Assembly (NCBI GenBank): GCA_005797785.1
Contig: SYKL01000097.1
Location: 1-48,364, forward strand
DNA length: 48,364 nucleotides
From: Pseudomonadota bacterium
Lineage (GTDB): Bacteria > Myxococcota_A > UBA796 > GCA-2862545
Direction: 5' to 3'
Below are positions 16,904 to 25,973 of the stretch, in pieces; the stretch's first letter is position 1; every line of letters starts with the position of its first letter. Position numbers and translations under genes: made by a program. Under the pieces are notes generated by a model. That model ran no database searches. It had not been told where the DNA came from and worked only from the letters and a program-made list of their open reading frames with translations.

Positions 16904-17770
16904 ATGCTGAAGTTATTGCCGTGCGTTGACTCCGATGCCCACGCGGAGGCCCGCCGAAGCGAATTGCAGATCTCCCACCACCGCGCCGCAGCCCTCGGTC
17001 GGTCGGCAGTGGCGGCGGCAAACGATGGGTACTACCTGAACGCTTCCGGTCAAACGGTGGAGTTACACGAACTTTTGGAAGAGGCGCGCACCTCCGTGCG
17101 ATCCTTGGGACCAGAGGATCCGCTGCCCGGCTTCGTTCGGCCGCGGCATGCCCAGACGTCCGTTCAAGTCTGCAACGAAACCACCCTCGGTGCGTCGCGG
17201 CGGTGGGTGAACGAAGGGCGTCGACCGCTCGCTTTGAACTTCGCCAATGGGCAGGAACCGGGCGGTGGATTGTTCCACGGGGCGTTGGCGCAGGAGGAGG
17301 CGCTGTGCCGTTCCAGTGCGCTGTATCTGACGTTGGCCGAGGATCCGATGTACGAAGCGCACCAAGACCGGCCAGAGTCCAGCGATTGGGCGATCCTCTC
17401 CCCCCAGGTTCCGGTATTTCGCGACGATAAAGGAAACCCGCTCGATCCGCCTTGGCAGTTGTGTTTTCTCACCTGTGCTGCGCCCTTTGTGCCCAATGTG
17501 GGCCAGCCGACCTCGGGGGATCTCCTGCAGAAGCGCATTCACCGCGTGTTGGCGATCGCGCAAGCCTTTGGCTACGACGATCTCGTGTTGGGCGCTTGGG
17601 GATGTGGCGCATTTGAAAACGATCCGCACCGAACGGCGGCCGACTTTCGCCAAGCCTTGGAAACGGACTTTCGAGGTGCGTTCGCTAACATCGTATTCGC
17701 CATTGCCGATTGGTCGCCGGAGCGTAGGTTTCTGGCTCCGTTTCGCGACGTGTTTTCGCACCCACAATAG
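16904..17770 (+). CDS. TIGR02452-family macrodomain protein (microbial PARG-like, putative ADP-ribose hydrolase)
   Basis: LALNFANGQEPGGGLFHGALAQEEALCRSSALY and LVLGAWGCGAFENDP match the family signature as I remember it. Confidence 0.75.
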   Translation: MLKLLPCVDSDAHAEARRSELQISHHRAAALGRSAVAAANDGYYLNASGQTVELHELLEEARTSVRSLGPEDPLPGFVRPRHAQTSVQVCNETTLGASRRWVNEGRRPLALNFANGQEPGGGLFHGALAQEEALCRSSALYLTLAEDPMYEAHQDRPESSDWAILSPQVPVFRDDKGNPLDPPWQLCFLTCAAPFVPNVGQPTSGDLLQKRIHRVLAIAQAFGYDDLVLGAWGCGAFENDPHRTAADFRQALETDFRGAFANIVFAIADWSPERRFLAPFRDVFSHPQ

Positions 17771-17772
17771 GG

Positions 17773-18408
17773 TCAGTATTTGTCCTTCAGGTATTCCCCG
17801 AAGGACACTGCGAACGTCTCGGTGTCATCGGCGAGCGCCGTGAGGCAATAGTGATCGTACATGAAGTGCGCCATTTCATGTCCGAGCAGACCGATATCCA
17901 GATCGTAGACGTTGAAGTACATGATTCCAATGGTGTTGTGCGCGTTGGCTCCGGTCTCCAGGTCATACGCACCAAAAACGTCGTCTTTTTTCGAGATCTT
18001 CGACATCCATTTAGGCCATCGCTCCCTACGATTGATGCGCTGGAAGTCCGTCACATAGAAATGGACGATGCGAATTTGATCGCAGGCCTTCATGTCGAAT
18101 TCGTTGAGCCCGGTGAACAGAAAGAACTCTTCCTTCACCTTGGCGAGCTCCTCCTCCAACCGCGCGGTGTCGTATTTGGGTTCTCCAGACTCAAACCGGA
18201 TCTGGTAGATGTCTTGGTGGATCCGAAATCCCGTTTTTCCGGAATGGACGGTGGGCATTCCGCGCACGACGTCCTCAAAGGTGTCGCGGTCCCTGACGGG
18301 TGCCAGGCTCATCGCCTGCGCGACATTCCCGGCCGTCGTGCTCGCTTCACCCCCACGAGCGGGGGAGGGAAGCAGTACCAAAAGGGCGAACAAGGACGCA
18401 ATTCTCAT
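17773..18408 (-). CDS. secreted HExxH-motif protein (putative small Zn metallopeptidase)
   Basis: ATG 18408 has GGAGG 6 nt upstream. Signal peptide MRIASLFALLVLLPSPARG. LLGHEMAHFMYDH near the C-terminus. Confidence 0.55.
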   Translation of the reverse strand: MRIASLFALLVLLPSPARGGEASTTAGNVAQAMSLAPVRDRDTFEDVVRGMPTVHSGKTGFRIHQDIYQIRFESGEPKYDTARLEEELAKVKEEFFLFTGLNEFDMKACDQIRIVHFYVTDFQRINRRERWPKWMSKISKKDDVFGAYDLETGANAHNTIGIMYFNVYDLDIGLLGHEMAHFMYDHYCLTALADDTETFAVSFGEYLKDKY

Positions 18409-18521
18409 GGCGATCCTCCGGTGCGTCGGTTGGCTACAACAGAGACGCGGGTTGGCCACCGGGCCGGACAGACAGGAGGATCTTTTGCGGCCAAAGGGTG
18501 CGCCGCCCGATGGGGTTGCGA

Positions 18522-21500
18522 TTACGTAGACGTGGACGTTGCATATGCAGCGATTCGGCAAAACGTATTGACCAGCATCACCTGATCCACGGATCGGCAC
18601 AGCGTCTGCGCCAATGCGGGACTTCCGACCACCACCGCGAGCGATTGCGCGCGTGAGATGGCCACATTGACCCGGTGGCGATCGAGCACGAACTCGATCC
18701 CCCGCGGCGAGTTTTCGGCGTCGCTGGAACACATCGACACAATGACGATGGCTGCTTCCTGTCCTTGAAACTTGTCCACCGAGGCCACTTTCGCGTCGGG
18801 CCCGAGGGCCTCCCGTAAGCGCCTTACCTGGGCATTGTAGGGGGTGACGAACAGCAGGTCGTTCCAGGTGATCTCCCCGATGTTCGCCCCATTTTTGTCG
18901 GTCTTGGTGCGGCCGAGAAGTTCCTCTGCCACGGCGCGAACCTGGCGTGCCTCCTCCGGACTCGATTGCGTATTGCCTTCGTGCACAACGGGAATGAACA
19001 CTACCCCACTTTCGATCTGGACTAAGGAGGCGCCTTTAGGCGGTACCCGCACGACCCGATTCCGGGTGTCGGGATGAGATTGCAGCCTTCCGTCGTAGAA
19101 CGCGCTGGAAATGAACTCGCAGATCTCCGGGTGAAGTCGCCAAGTCGTCCCGAGAAATACGCCGCGATCTGGCGGAACGGTGACGTGGTCCTGCAGCAGA
19201 TAGTCAAGTGCGGACAGCCCGCTTTCGCCGGGATGGGTGCCCTGGGTGGGCTGGCCGAGCTGCGCCTGATCGCCCACCAGAAGCAGGTTTTTGGCGCATC
19301 GGGCCATGGCGATCAAATTGGCCACCGACACCTGGCCGGCCTCGTCGACCACCAACGTATCGAACTGGTCGACCACATCGTCTCGGCAAAAGAACCACGC
19401 CACGCCGCCAAACAGCTTGTAGGAACTGAGTGAATTTGCGCTTTTGTTGGGGTCTTGGACGCGGATCCCGTGGCACTGCGCCATCAACGGGTCGTTAGGA
19501 TCGCCGCCCACTTTGATGCCCGACAGGGAGCCACCCGCCTGCGCCACGCATTCCCTCATCAAGTTGAGCACCGCTTTGTGGCTGTTTGCGGCGATGCCAA
19601 CGCGTTTTCCCTGTCGGACCAGGGCCAGGATCACCTTGGCGCTTGCATAGGTCTTTCCGCAACCTGGGGGGCCTTGAATGGACAAGCAACCTCCGTCCAT
19701 CGCTGAGGCGAGCCGGATCGCCGCGTCGAGGGGCTCCTCGCCCTCTTGAACGAGATTTGCGCTCGAAAATCCAGGGATCGTGGGGGGCCTGCGGCGCAAG
19801 AAATCGTCGATCGCCGGAGGGAGAAAACGTTGGGTGTGCCACACCTGAGCCACGTCCATGATGGCTTTGGTGAGCGTCGCGGTGGGGACGAGCGAAAATG
19901 GAAGGAGGGAGAGGCGCCCGGGGAGATCGCCTCCCGCTTTTTCCAAAGCTTCGATACTGATCTTCAGGCAAATTCGCCCTTCATCCAATTGCAGGTACAA
20001 GACCTCGACACCCACGTTGACGTCGTGCGAAAGGACGCATCGATCCCCCACCGCCAACTTCGTTTCCTGCTCCGGGTCGAAGGTGTACCAAAACCCCTTC
20101 GATCGCTTGACCGCGACCACCGGCTCCCGGGTGTCACGTCGTAGGCCGGCAAGGCAGGCCGCCTCGTCATAGAGCTCGCCTTCGGACATCAGTTGGTACG
20201 CAAAGTACGCCCACCAAAAGGGTTTTTCTTCGCGGCGATGAAATAGCGTGAGGTGGGCCAGCAATTCCTGAAGGCGCCAAACATCGGCGTCTGGGCCACT
20301 GAGTGCGCCGTCGGGGATTGCCGCCAACATCTTCGCCGACAGCGCTTCCGATTCCGAACGCGGCGGGTTCGCGGGGACATCGGGACGTGAGGTAGGAACC
20401 ACCCAGGCAATGTGATTGGCTTGCTGCTGATCGCGAAGCCATTGGCACAATTCGAGGGTGGAACGGCAGTCTTCCTCGTTGTAGGCGCGGATGTCTCGAA
20501 GAAGAGGCGAGCGCTGCCAGTCGTTCGGCTCGCCGCTGTCGATCCACTTTTGGTAGGTGACGATCGAGTCGGCCGCCGCTTTGACGTTTCCGGCGCGTTT
20601 TCGCCCATAGAGCGGCTCGAGACTCTTGATCGAGTAGGAAGGAGTGCCCACCAGGACGCCGCCCCGCACGACCTTGTACAGATCGACGAACACATCGTTG
20701 CGAAGGAGGGTATCCAGTTCGTCTTCGCGGGTGCCGTACTGACCCATGAGGCGCTTTAGGGCGGTGACTTCGTAGGGTGCGTAGTGGTAGATGTGCAGCG
20801 TGGGATCGCGTTGCCAGCGCTCAAACACCCAATCAATGAAGCCTTCGAACGCTTGTTTCTCGGTGGATGCATCGTGTGCCCACCAATCGATAAAGGTTGG
20901 CGTTGTGTGATCAACGTAAACCGCACCAAAGAGGTATTCGAGGCCGCCAACGGCGAGCGGAAAGCCCTCCATGTCGAAATAGACATCCGATTCGGACGCC
21001 GGCGGGAGTTGTCCCAGGCCCCGACGGGGAAACTCCGCAGGAGGCGCAATGACACGGTATTCCGGCACATCGAGGGGGCGCGATGCGTGCTGAAGCTGGG
21101 CTTGCGTGTGGAGGCGGTTCCAAACTCCGTTCGATATCCCCTTGGGAGCACCCGAATCGGAGGTGGCCAGTTCGGTGAGGGTGCGGATCCCAGCGGCCTC
21201 GATCCGGCGGATTTGAGTGCGCGTGATGTTGGCGACCTGGTACAGATGGTCGGTTCGCTCGAAGAAGGCTTCCGCTTCGGAGGTCCATCGCCGCCACTGC
21301 CCGCTGGGTTCAGGCTCCGGACGTCGGGAGGGATCGAAGTTGGCCATCTCGTCCAGAAACGCCTGTTTCACGGTCAGGTAGTAGAAATAAACGTCATTGG
21401 TAGGGTAGGATTTGCGTTCGCCGGTGCCGAGAACCACGTGAATGTGCTCTGGGAGTCGGCCTTGCACCTCCTCCAACATTTCTGCATAGGCGCAGAGTTG

Positions 21501-22004
21501 AAGGAGGAAGTAGGGTTTGGTACTTCGGGCGAGTTTGGTGTCGCAGATTTCATAGTGGAAATCGCCGAGGGCGGAATCACCTTCGGTTCGCTCTAAAAAG
21601 TCGGCGAAGCCCGCAAAAGGCTTGCGAACGAGGCGCCCCTGGTAGACCACCTGACGCCCCTCGCGCATCGCGGCCAGGGTGATCGCCGCTGGGTCGCGGG
21701 TGGCGTCCACCGTGAAGACGTCCTTTCGATCGGCGATGAGCCGCTCAACCCAAGCCTTTTCGTGGGCGATACCCTGGCGCTGCACCAAATCATCGGACTC
21801 GGAGTCTTCGTCGGGGTGCAGCTGACCTGGGAATTCGAGGTGGTAGCGGTCCATCCAGCTGGCGAACCGGGATTCCGTGAAGGTAATCAGGTCGGACGGG
21901 GAAAAAACGAGCTGGCCGTTTTCTTTTTTCACGTAGCCATCCGAAGTGCGAGGTGGGGCACCAGTGAGCCGTACCAGATCCGTGTGACATCGGGTCGTGC
22001 TCAC
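18522..22004 (-). CDS. RecB-family (TM0106-like) PD-(D/E)xK nuclease + RNase H-like region + SF1 (AAA_11/AAA_12, DNA2/Upf1-like) helicase fusion
   Basis: N-terminal YEICDTKLA...QLCAYAEML (DxK, QxxxY). Walker A IQGPPGCGKTY. Walker B LVVDEAGQ. VDKFQGQEAAIVIVS. NVAISRAQSL. The listed start is GTG 22004. The true start may lie downstream (for example GTG near 21941), because a motif-like inverted repeat occupies 21981-22009. Confidence 0.85.
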   Translation of the reverse strand: MSTTRCHTDLVRLTGAPPRTSDGYVKKENGQLVFSPSDLITFTESRFASWMDRYHLEFPGQLHPDEDSESDDLVQRQGIAHEKAWVERLIADRKDVFTVDATRDPAAITLAAMREGRQVVYQGRLVRKPFAGFADFLERTEGDSALGDFHYEICDTKLARSTKPYFLLQLCAYAEMLEEVQGRLPEHIHVVLGTGERKSYPTNDVYFYYLTVKQAFLDEMANFDPSRRPEPEPSGQWRRWTSEAEAFFERTDHLYQVANITRTQIRRIEAAGIRTLTELATSDSGAPKGISNGVWNRLHTQAQLQHASRPLDVPEYRVIAPPAEFPRRGLGQLPPASESDVYFDMEGFPLAVGGLEYLFGAVYVDHTTPTFIDWWAHDASTEKQAFEGFIDWVFERWQRDPTLHIYHYAPYEVTALKRLMGQYGTREDELDTLLRNDVFVDLYKVVRGGVLVGTPSYSIKSLEPLYGRKRAGNVKAAADSIVTYQKWIDSGEPNDWQRSPLLRDIRAYNEEDCRSTLELCQWLRDQQQANHIAWVVPTSRPDVPANPPRSESEALSAKMLAAIPDGALSGPDADVWRLQELLAHLTLFHRREEKPFWWAYFAYQLMSEGELYDEAACLAGLRRDTREPVVAVKRSKGFWYTFDPEQETKLAVGDRCVLSHDVNVGVEVLYLQLDEGRICLKISIEALEKAGGDLPGRLSLLPFSLVPTATLTKAIMDVAQVWHTQRFLPPAIDDFLRRRPPTIPGFSSANLVQEGEEPLDAAIRLASAMDGGCLSIQGPPGCGKTYASAKVILALVRQGKRVGIAANSHKAVLNLMRECVAQAGGSLSGIKVGGDPNDPLMAQCHGIRVQDPNKSANSLSSYKLFGGVAWFFCRDDVVDQFDTLVVDEAGQVSVANLIAMARCAKNLLLVGDQAQLGQPTQGTHPGESGLSALDYLLQDHVTVPPDRGVFLGTTWRLHPEICEFISSAFYDGRLQSHPDTRNRVVRVPPKGASLVQIESGVVFIPVVHEGNTQSSPEEARQVRAVAEELLGRTKTDKNGANIGEITWNDLLFVTPYNAQVRRLREALGPDAKVASVDKFQGQEAAIVIVSMCSSDAENSPRGIEFVLDRHRVNVAISRAQSLAVVVGSPALAQTLCRSVDQVMLVNTFCRIAAYATSTST

Positions 22005-22009
22005 ACACC
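21981..22009. promoter_or_regulatory. inverted repeat GTGTGA-N13-TCACAC containing a degenerate island motif (ATGTCACACG on the minus strand)
   Basis: Sits at the extreme 5' end of the nuclease-helicase ORF, and resembles copy A in architecture (GTGTG...GATGTCACAC). Confidence 0.3.
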
Positions 22010-22058
22010 TCGACGCGTGAACAGGGGACGTGCGGACAGTGCGGGTGCAGAGGATGCG

Positions 22059-22964
22059 TCAGGTGACCAGCGCGTCCCAGAAGTCCACCTCGTGCACGAT
22101 GAGCAGCTTGGAGCCGTCGTGTCGCCGCAGGTGCATCGCTTTTTCGATCTTGCGTCCGTAGCAGGCGAAGGCCCAGCAGGCGTTGCCCTCCGCCCCCAGC
22201 ACAAGGTATCCGAGGTCCCGTGTGATCCGGTTCACCGGAAGACCGCCATGTTCCGCGACGATTTGGGAAAGCTCCCCGCGTCCAGACTTCTCGGAACGCC
22301 CCGTGAAGCACACTTTCTTGCCCTTTAGGTTGATCACCGGATCGACCGCGCAGATTCCCCTCACGGTGAGGAGCGAAAGATCAATGGACTCTATCGAGAG
22401 AACTCGGTGCTCATCCGTGGGTACCAAATCGGCCAGGAAGATCTTGACCAGCTCGCGGGCATCATCGGTGATCGCGCGATCCTTGCGAACGTGCGTGAGG
22501 ACCGCGCTGATTTCATCGTAAGGCCAGGTGGTCCGCAAATGATCGCGCTCGTCGAGCCAGTCCGCGAGTGCGGCCAGTTCGTCGTCATTGACGTGGCCGT
22601 CGGCGAGAATCCCGGCGACCATACCGTGTAGGCGCTGAATGTCGGCGGTGATGGCATCGAAGAAGACGTTTGGGGTCGTCCATTTTTCCAGCGCCCAGAG
22701 GAGGTCTGCGAGCTCCTCGGCGTCAACCGCGCCATCGGCGATCACGCGCTCCACTTGATCGGCGATGTCGACAAACGGGGCTCGGTTTCGCAGATTTCCG
22801 AGGGCCTCAACCCATACGCCGAGCGACCGAACCTCGCCCGGGGACACCCTGCCATCGGCGGCTATGCCGCGAAGGACGCCTTCGAGCTCGTGGACACTCC
22901 TGTCCATTTGCTGCTTTCGGGTGTACCGGAGGTAGTGTTCCTCGGGTCTTGGTTCAGCGTTCAT
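22059..22964 (-). CDS. TerB-like repeat protein with C-terminal BRCT domain
   Basis: Three ADG-x-V/I...E...L modules (IAADGRVSPGEVRSL, IADGAVDAEELADLL, LADGHVNDDELAALADWL) resemble TerB-type helical repeats. The C-terminal KKVCFTGRSEKSGRGELSQIVAEHGGLPVNRITRDLGYLVLG is BRCT-like. ATG 22964 has GGAG upstream. Confidence 0.7.
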   Translation of the reverse strand: MNAEPRPEEHYLRYTRKQQMDRSVHELEGVLRGIAADGRVSPGEVRSLGVWVEALGNLRNRAPFVDIADQVERVIADGAVDAEELADLLWALEKWTTPNVFFDAITADIQRLHGMVAGILADGHVNDDELAALADWLDERDHLRTTWPYDEISAVLTHVRKDRAITDDARELVKIFLADLVPTDEHRVLSIESIDLSLLTVRGICAVDPVINLKGKKVCFTGRSEKSGRGELSQIVAEHGGLPVNRITRDLGYLVLGAEGNACWAFACYGRKIEKAMHLRRHDGSKLLIVHEVDFWDALVT

Positions 22965-23042
22965 TGGGGCTCCGCAGAGGAAAATTTACTTTGATGGAGC
23001 ATAAGCTCATGAGGATTTTGGCGCATGATTCAACATGTTCGA

Positions 23043-23053
23043 GGGGTGTGACA
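23043..23053 (-). promoter_or_regulatory. island motif copy D (TGTCACACCCC on the minus strand) within AGGGG-N9-CCCCT symmetry
   Basis: Plus strand reads aGGGGTGTGACAttcccct (23042-23060). Lies 89 nt upstream of ATG 22964 in an intergenic region. Confidence 0.45.
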
Positions 23054-23126
23054 TTCCCCTTCAGGGCGACCTTTCCGGTCATTCCGCGCCCGACGTTGCG
23101 GTCGTTACGTCGAATTTCGGATCGAG

Positions 23127-23486
23127 CTAGCGCTCGATCAAGTCAATCAGCGCCGCAACATCCGTCACGTAGCCGGCCAACTCCGCCTCAGACGGTGCAA
23201 ACTCCAAACCGCGATGATGAATGGCTCGGCTCAGGGCGGACCAGATCCAGCCGATTCGGGTTGCCAACGGCGGGTCGGAAAGGAAATAGGGGAGACATAT
23301 CAACTGCGAACGCCAGGAGGAGTTCGCCAGGCCGGTTTGGCCCTTGCGCCGCCAGTAGTTGGTTATGGCGCCTTCCAGCGCCTGTCGGAGCAACAACGTT
23401 GCGGCGCGGGCCCAAGGCAACCCACGGACACCACCGTTTCCGTTGATTAGGCGCTGGGCTTGCTCCAGCAGCATACGCGGCGTCAC
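23127..23486 (-). CDS. small alpha-helical protein (119 aa), possibly HEPN/DUF4145-like; coupled to the ABC ATPase gene
   Basis: GTG 23486 overlaps the upstream stop (GTGA) and has AAGGAG 8 nt upstream. LLRQALEGAITNYW...LSRAIHHRG...VTDVAALIDLIE parallels the C-terminal domain of the ATPase. Confidence 0.55.
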   Translation of the reverse strand: MTPRMLLEQAQRLINGNGGVRGLPWARAATLLLRQALEGAITNYWRRKGQTGLANSSWRSQLICLPYFLSDPPLATRIGWIWSALSRAIHHRGLEFAPSEAELAGYVTDVAALIDLIER

Positions 23487-25936
23487 GTTCGGAACTCCTT
23501 CCGGAAGAGTATCAGCAGCTTGTGCGTCTGTTCGATCACGTGATGTGGATTGACTTGGATTTCTTCGTGGGATCCGCGGTTGACCAACTTGAAGGTATCG
23601 GCGGCTTCCGATCCCAGTCGCTTGTTCAAGGTGGGGTACACGTCCCCGCCTTTTCGGGCGTCTCCGCTGAACACCAAAGCGGCCAGTTCTACGAGCGACT
23701 TTGCACCGCGGAGTGCCTCCTCCACGTCTTCGTGCCTGCTCCCTTCGCTTAGACGACTTGAGCGATACGCCATCGTCAATTGGGCCTCCAGGGCGGAACG
23801 ACAGAGCCCAGGTACCACACGCGAGACGACAGGTTTGCCTACCTCTTCGCTTGCATTGGCCAGCGCACGGGCGTCCTCAATGTAGCCGGTGACCGGCTCA
23901 AATTGCGGCCGAACGTCTACCAGCGATTTTCCTTTGCGATTGGCTTCTAAGATGGTGGCGGGGATTTTTAGGCCACGAACCGCCTCGATCAACCGGGTGT
24001 CGTGGGTGAACACGATCACTTGGTGCGTTTTTGCGGTGGCCTGTAGAACTTGAGCCAGGCCGTCGACTTTGTAGGGATCCATGGCCTGCACAGGGTCGTC
24101 GATCACCATAAATCGGAAGGGGCTATCGGTGTGCGTCATCCGAGGAATAAAGAGACTTAACGCCAATGCGTTGATTTCTCCCTGGCTCATCACCGCCAAC
24201 GCTCCGCCGCCTTCTGTGCCGTCGACGTTCACCGCTAAATCCACCCTGCGACGGTTGCCGGAGCCTTCCAGGGTCACGCTTGCCAGGTTGACATTACTTT
24301 CTCGGCGCAGCATCGCCCAGATGGATTGAGACCGTGCGGCGATCGGTTGAAATCGCTCGTGTCGAATGCCCTCCTCGGCCCCCTTCAGCCACGTTTCCGC
24401 TTCCCTAAGTCGTTTCAAACACTCGGAACGTTGGCGAGCTTCCTTCGCTTTTGCACACCACGGGGCCAACAATTCTGCCACTGGGCGCCATCGATTCTCG
24501 CTCTCATCGATCATTCCTTCAAGGTTTGTTTTGAAGGTCGCGAACGCCGCTAGCAGCTCCCCTGACCGCTCAGAATACTGGAGGATGGTTGTGGGTTCTT
24601 TGGCCTCACATCCCGCGGCGAGCTCAGACCAAAGCCGGTGGAGTTCAGCTGCTCCGGGTACCACGGATGTCCGCAGCAGTTCTGAGGGCCGCCCCAGGGT
24701 ATTTCGGACGTCTCGTATCGCAGTTTGAAGAGCCTGCTCTGCCTGCTTTGCGACAGCGGTCGCCGTGTGAAGATCGGCGACCCTTTGTCCAGCGGTGGCG
24801 GCCCAGGCCTGGTCCAACTGGCCGGTCGCACAAACAGGGCAGCTCGAGTCTCCATGTTCTTTGTGCCATCCCAGTGCTTTTTCCAGGAGTTCGGCTGTGG
24901 ATTTCTGGAGCGTTTCTTGCCGACCTACTTGATCGATCGTTGTCTGGAGTGCGGAACGCAGCGCGGCTGTCCGATTTTCGAACTCTTTTTCGGCGGGCAA
25001 TTGGAGTTGTTGTAGGCGTCCGAGGTTGATGTTGTCGTTGTTTCGAATGTCGCCGTGGAGGACCGTGAGCACCTCGTCGAGATCCCACTTTTTTTGAAGT
25101 GCCGCGAAACACCGAACGGCTCGGGGATCTTCCATGGGCGCCAATTTGGCGAGGATGGGCTCGAGGGATGTCTTTGCGTCCTTGAGTAGCTTTTCGCGTG
25201 ACAAACGCGCCTTAGCCAAGGCATCCAACGCTCCTGACACCTCCTCCAAGCCGAGGACCGACCGTAGGGAGTCGTAGAATTTTGTTGGTCCTCCCAGTAT
25301 AAGTTGTCCGAGATCGGAGTATGCTAACATCGGTCGGTACGCGGCCAGGGCGTCCTTCCAGCCGAGCTGCTCGAGTCCGCCCAGGCTTCGCCCGCCACGG
25401 GACACCTGCGTTGTACCTCCGGCGACGTCCACATCGCCGGTTGGCCACTTACGGACGATTTGGACGGTATCGCTTCCCTCCACGGCAAATGCAGCCTTGA
25501 TCACACAGGAGCTCGAATCATGGATGTTGCGCCAACTCTGCCGCCAATCGACCGTGCGCCCGCTCAAACGACCTGCGTCGCCTGTCAGAACCACTTCCAG
25601 GGCGTCCGCCAAACTTGATTTTCCCGACCCATTGCGACCCGTAATGATGGTTAGTCCCGGTCCAGGGGGCAGGCTGATGGATACTTCCTTTCCGATGCCC
25701 CGAAACCCAGAAACAGAGAGTCCTGTGAGCCAAGTTCGAACGGGATGTGGCCGTTGCTGTGCGGGGGTCGTTGTTGGGCTGTGACCCGATGACGTGCTGT
25801 CCAGCGTGAGAGCGAGCTGGTTTTCTCCCTCAAACGCCGCTTCGACAAGCTCTGCTACGGGGCCGTCGACGCTTTGTGAGACCATCAATTCATAGATCGC
25901 CCAGAATAAGGCGGATTTTTCGGTATCGGTGGTCAT
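23483..25936 (-). CDS. Rad50/SMC-like ABC ATPase with coiled-coil insert, CxxC zinc-hook-like motif and an extra C-terminal helical domain
   Basis: Walker A GRNGSGKSS. Coiled-coil region with CPVC (24830-24841). Signature-like MSQGE. Walker B/D-loop FMVIDDPVQAMD. FTHD His-switch. GGGAG lies 5 nt upstream of ATG 25936. Confidence 0.85.
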   Translation of the reverse strand: MTTDTEKSALFWAIYELMVSQSVDGPVAELVEAAFEGENQLALTLDSTSSGHSPTTTPAQQRPHPVRTWLTGLSVSGFRGIGKEVSISLPPGPGLTIITGRNGSGKSSLADALEVVLTGDAGRLSGRTVDWRQSWRNIHDSSSCVIKAAFAVEGSDTVQIVRKWPTGDVDVAGGTTQVSRGGRSLGGLEQLGWKDALAAYRPMLAYSDLGQLILGGPTKFYDSLRSVLGLEEVSGALDALAKARLSREKLLKDAKTSLEPILAKLAPMEDPRAVRCFAALQKKWDLDEVLTVLHGDIRNNDNINLGRLQQLQLPAEKEFENRTAALRSALQTTIDQVGRQETLQKSTAELLEKALGWHKEHGDSSCPVCATGQLDQAWAATAGQRVADLHTATAVAKQAEQALQTAIRDVRNTLGRPSELLRTSVVPGAAELHRLWSELAAGCEAKEPTTILQYSERSGELLAAFATFKTNLEGMIDESENRWRPVAELLAPWCAKAKEARQRSECLKRLREAETWLKGAEEGIRHERFQPIAARSQSIWAMLRRESNVNLASVTLEGSGNRRRVDLAVNVDGTEGGGALAVMSQGEINALALSLFIPRMTHTDSPFRFMVIDDPVQAMDPYKVDGLAQVLQATAKTHQVIVFTHDTRLIEAVRGLKIPATILEANRKGKSLVDVRPQFEPVTGYIEDARALANASEEVGKPVVSRVVPGLCRSALEAQLTMAYRSSRLSEGSRHEDVEEALRGAKSLVELAALVFSGDARKGGDVYPTLNKRLGSEAADTFKLVNRGSHEEIQVNPHHVIEQTHKLLILFRKEFRT

Positions 25937-25973
25937 GGGGGCTCCCAGGGCCTTGGCGAGTGCCGTCGGTGAT

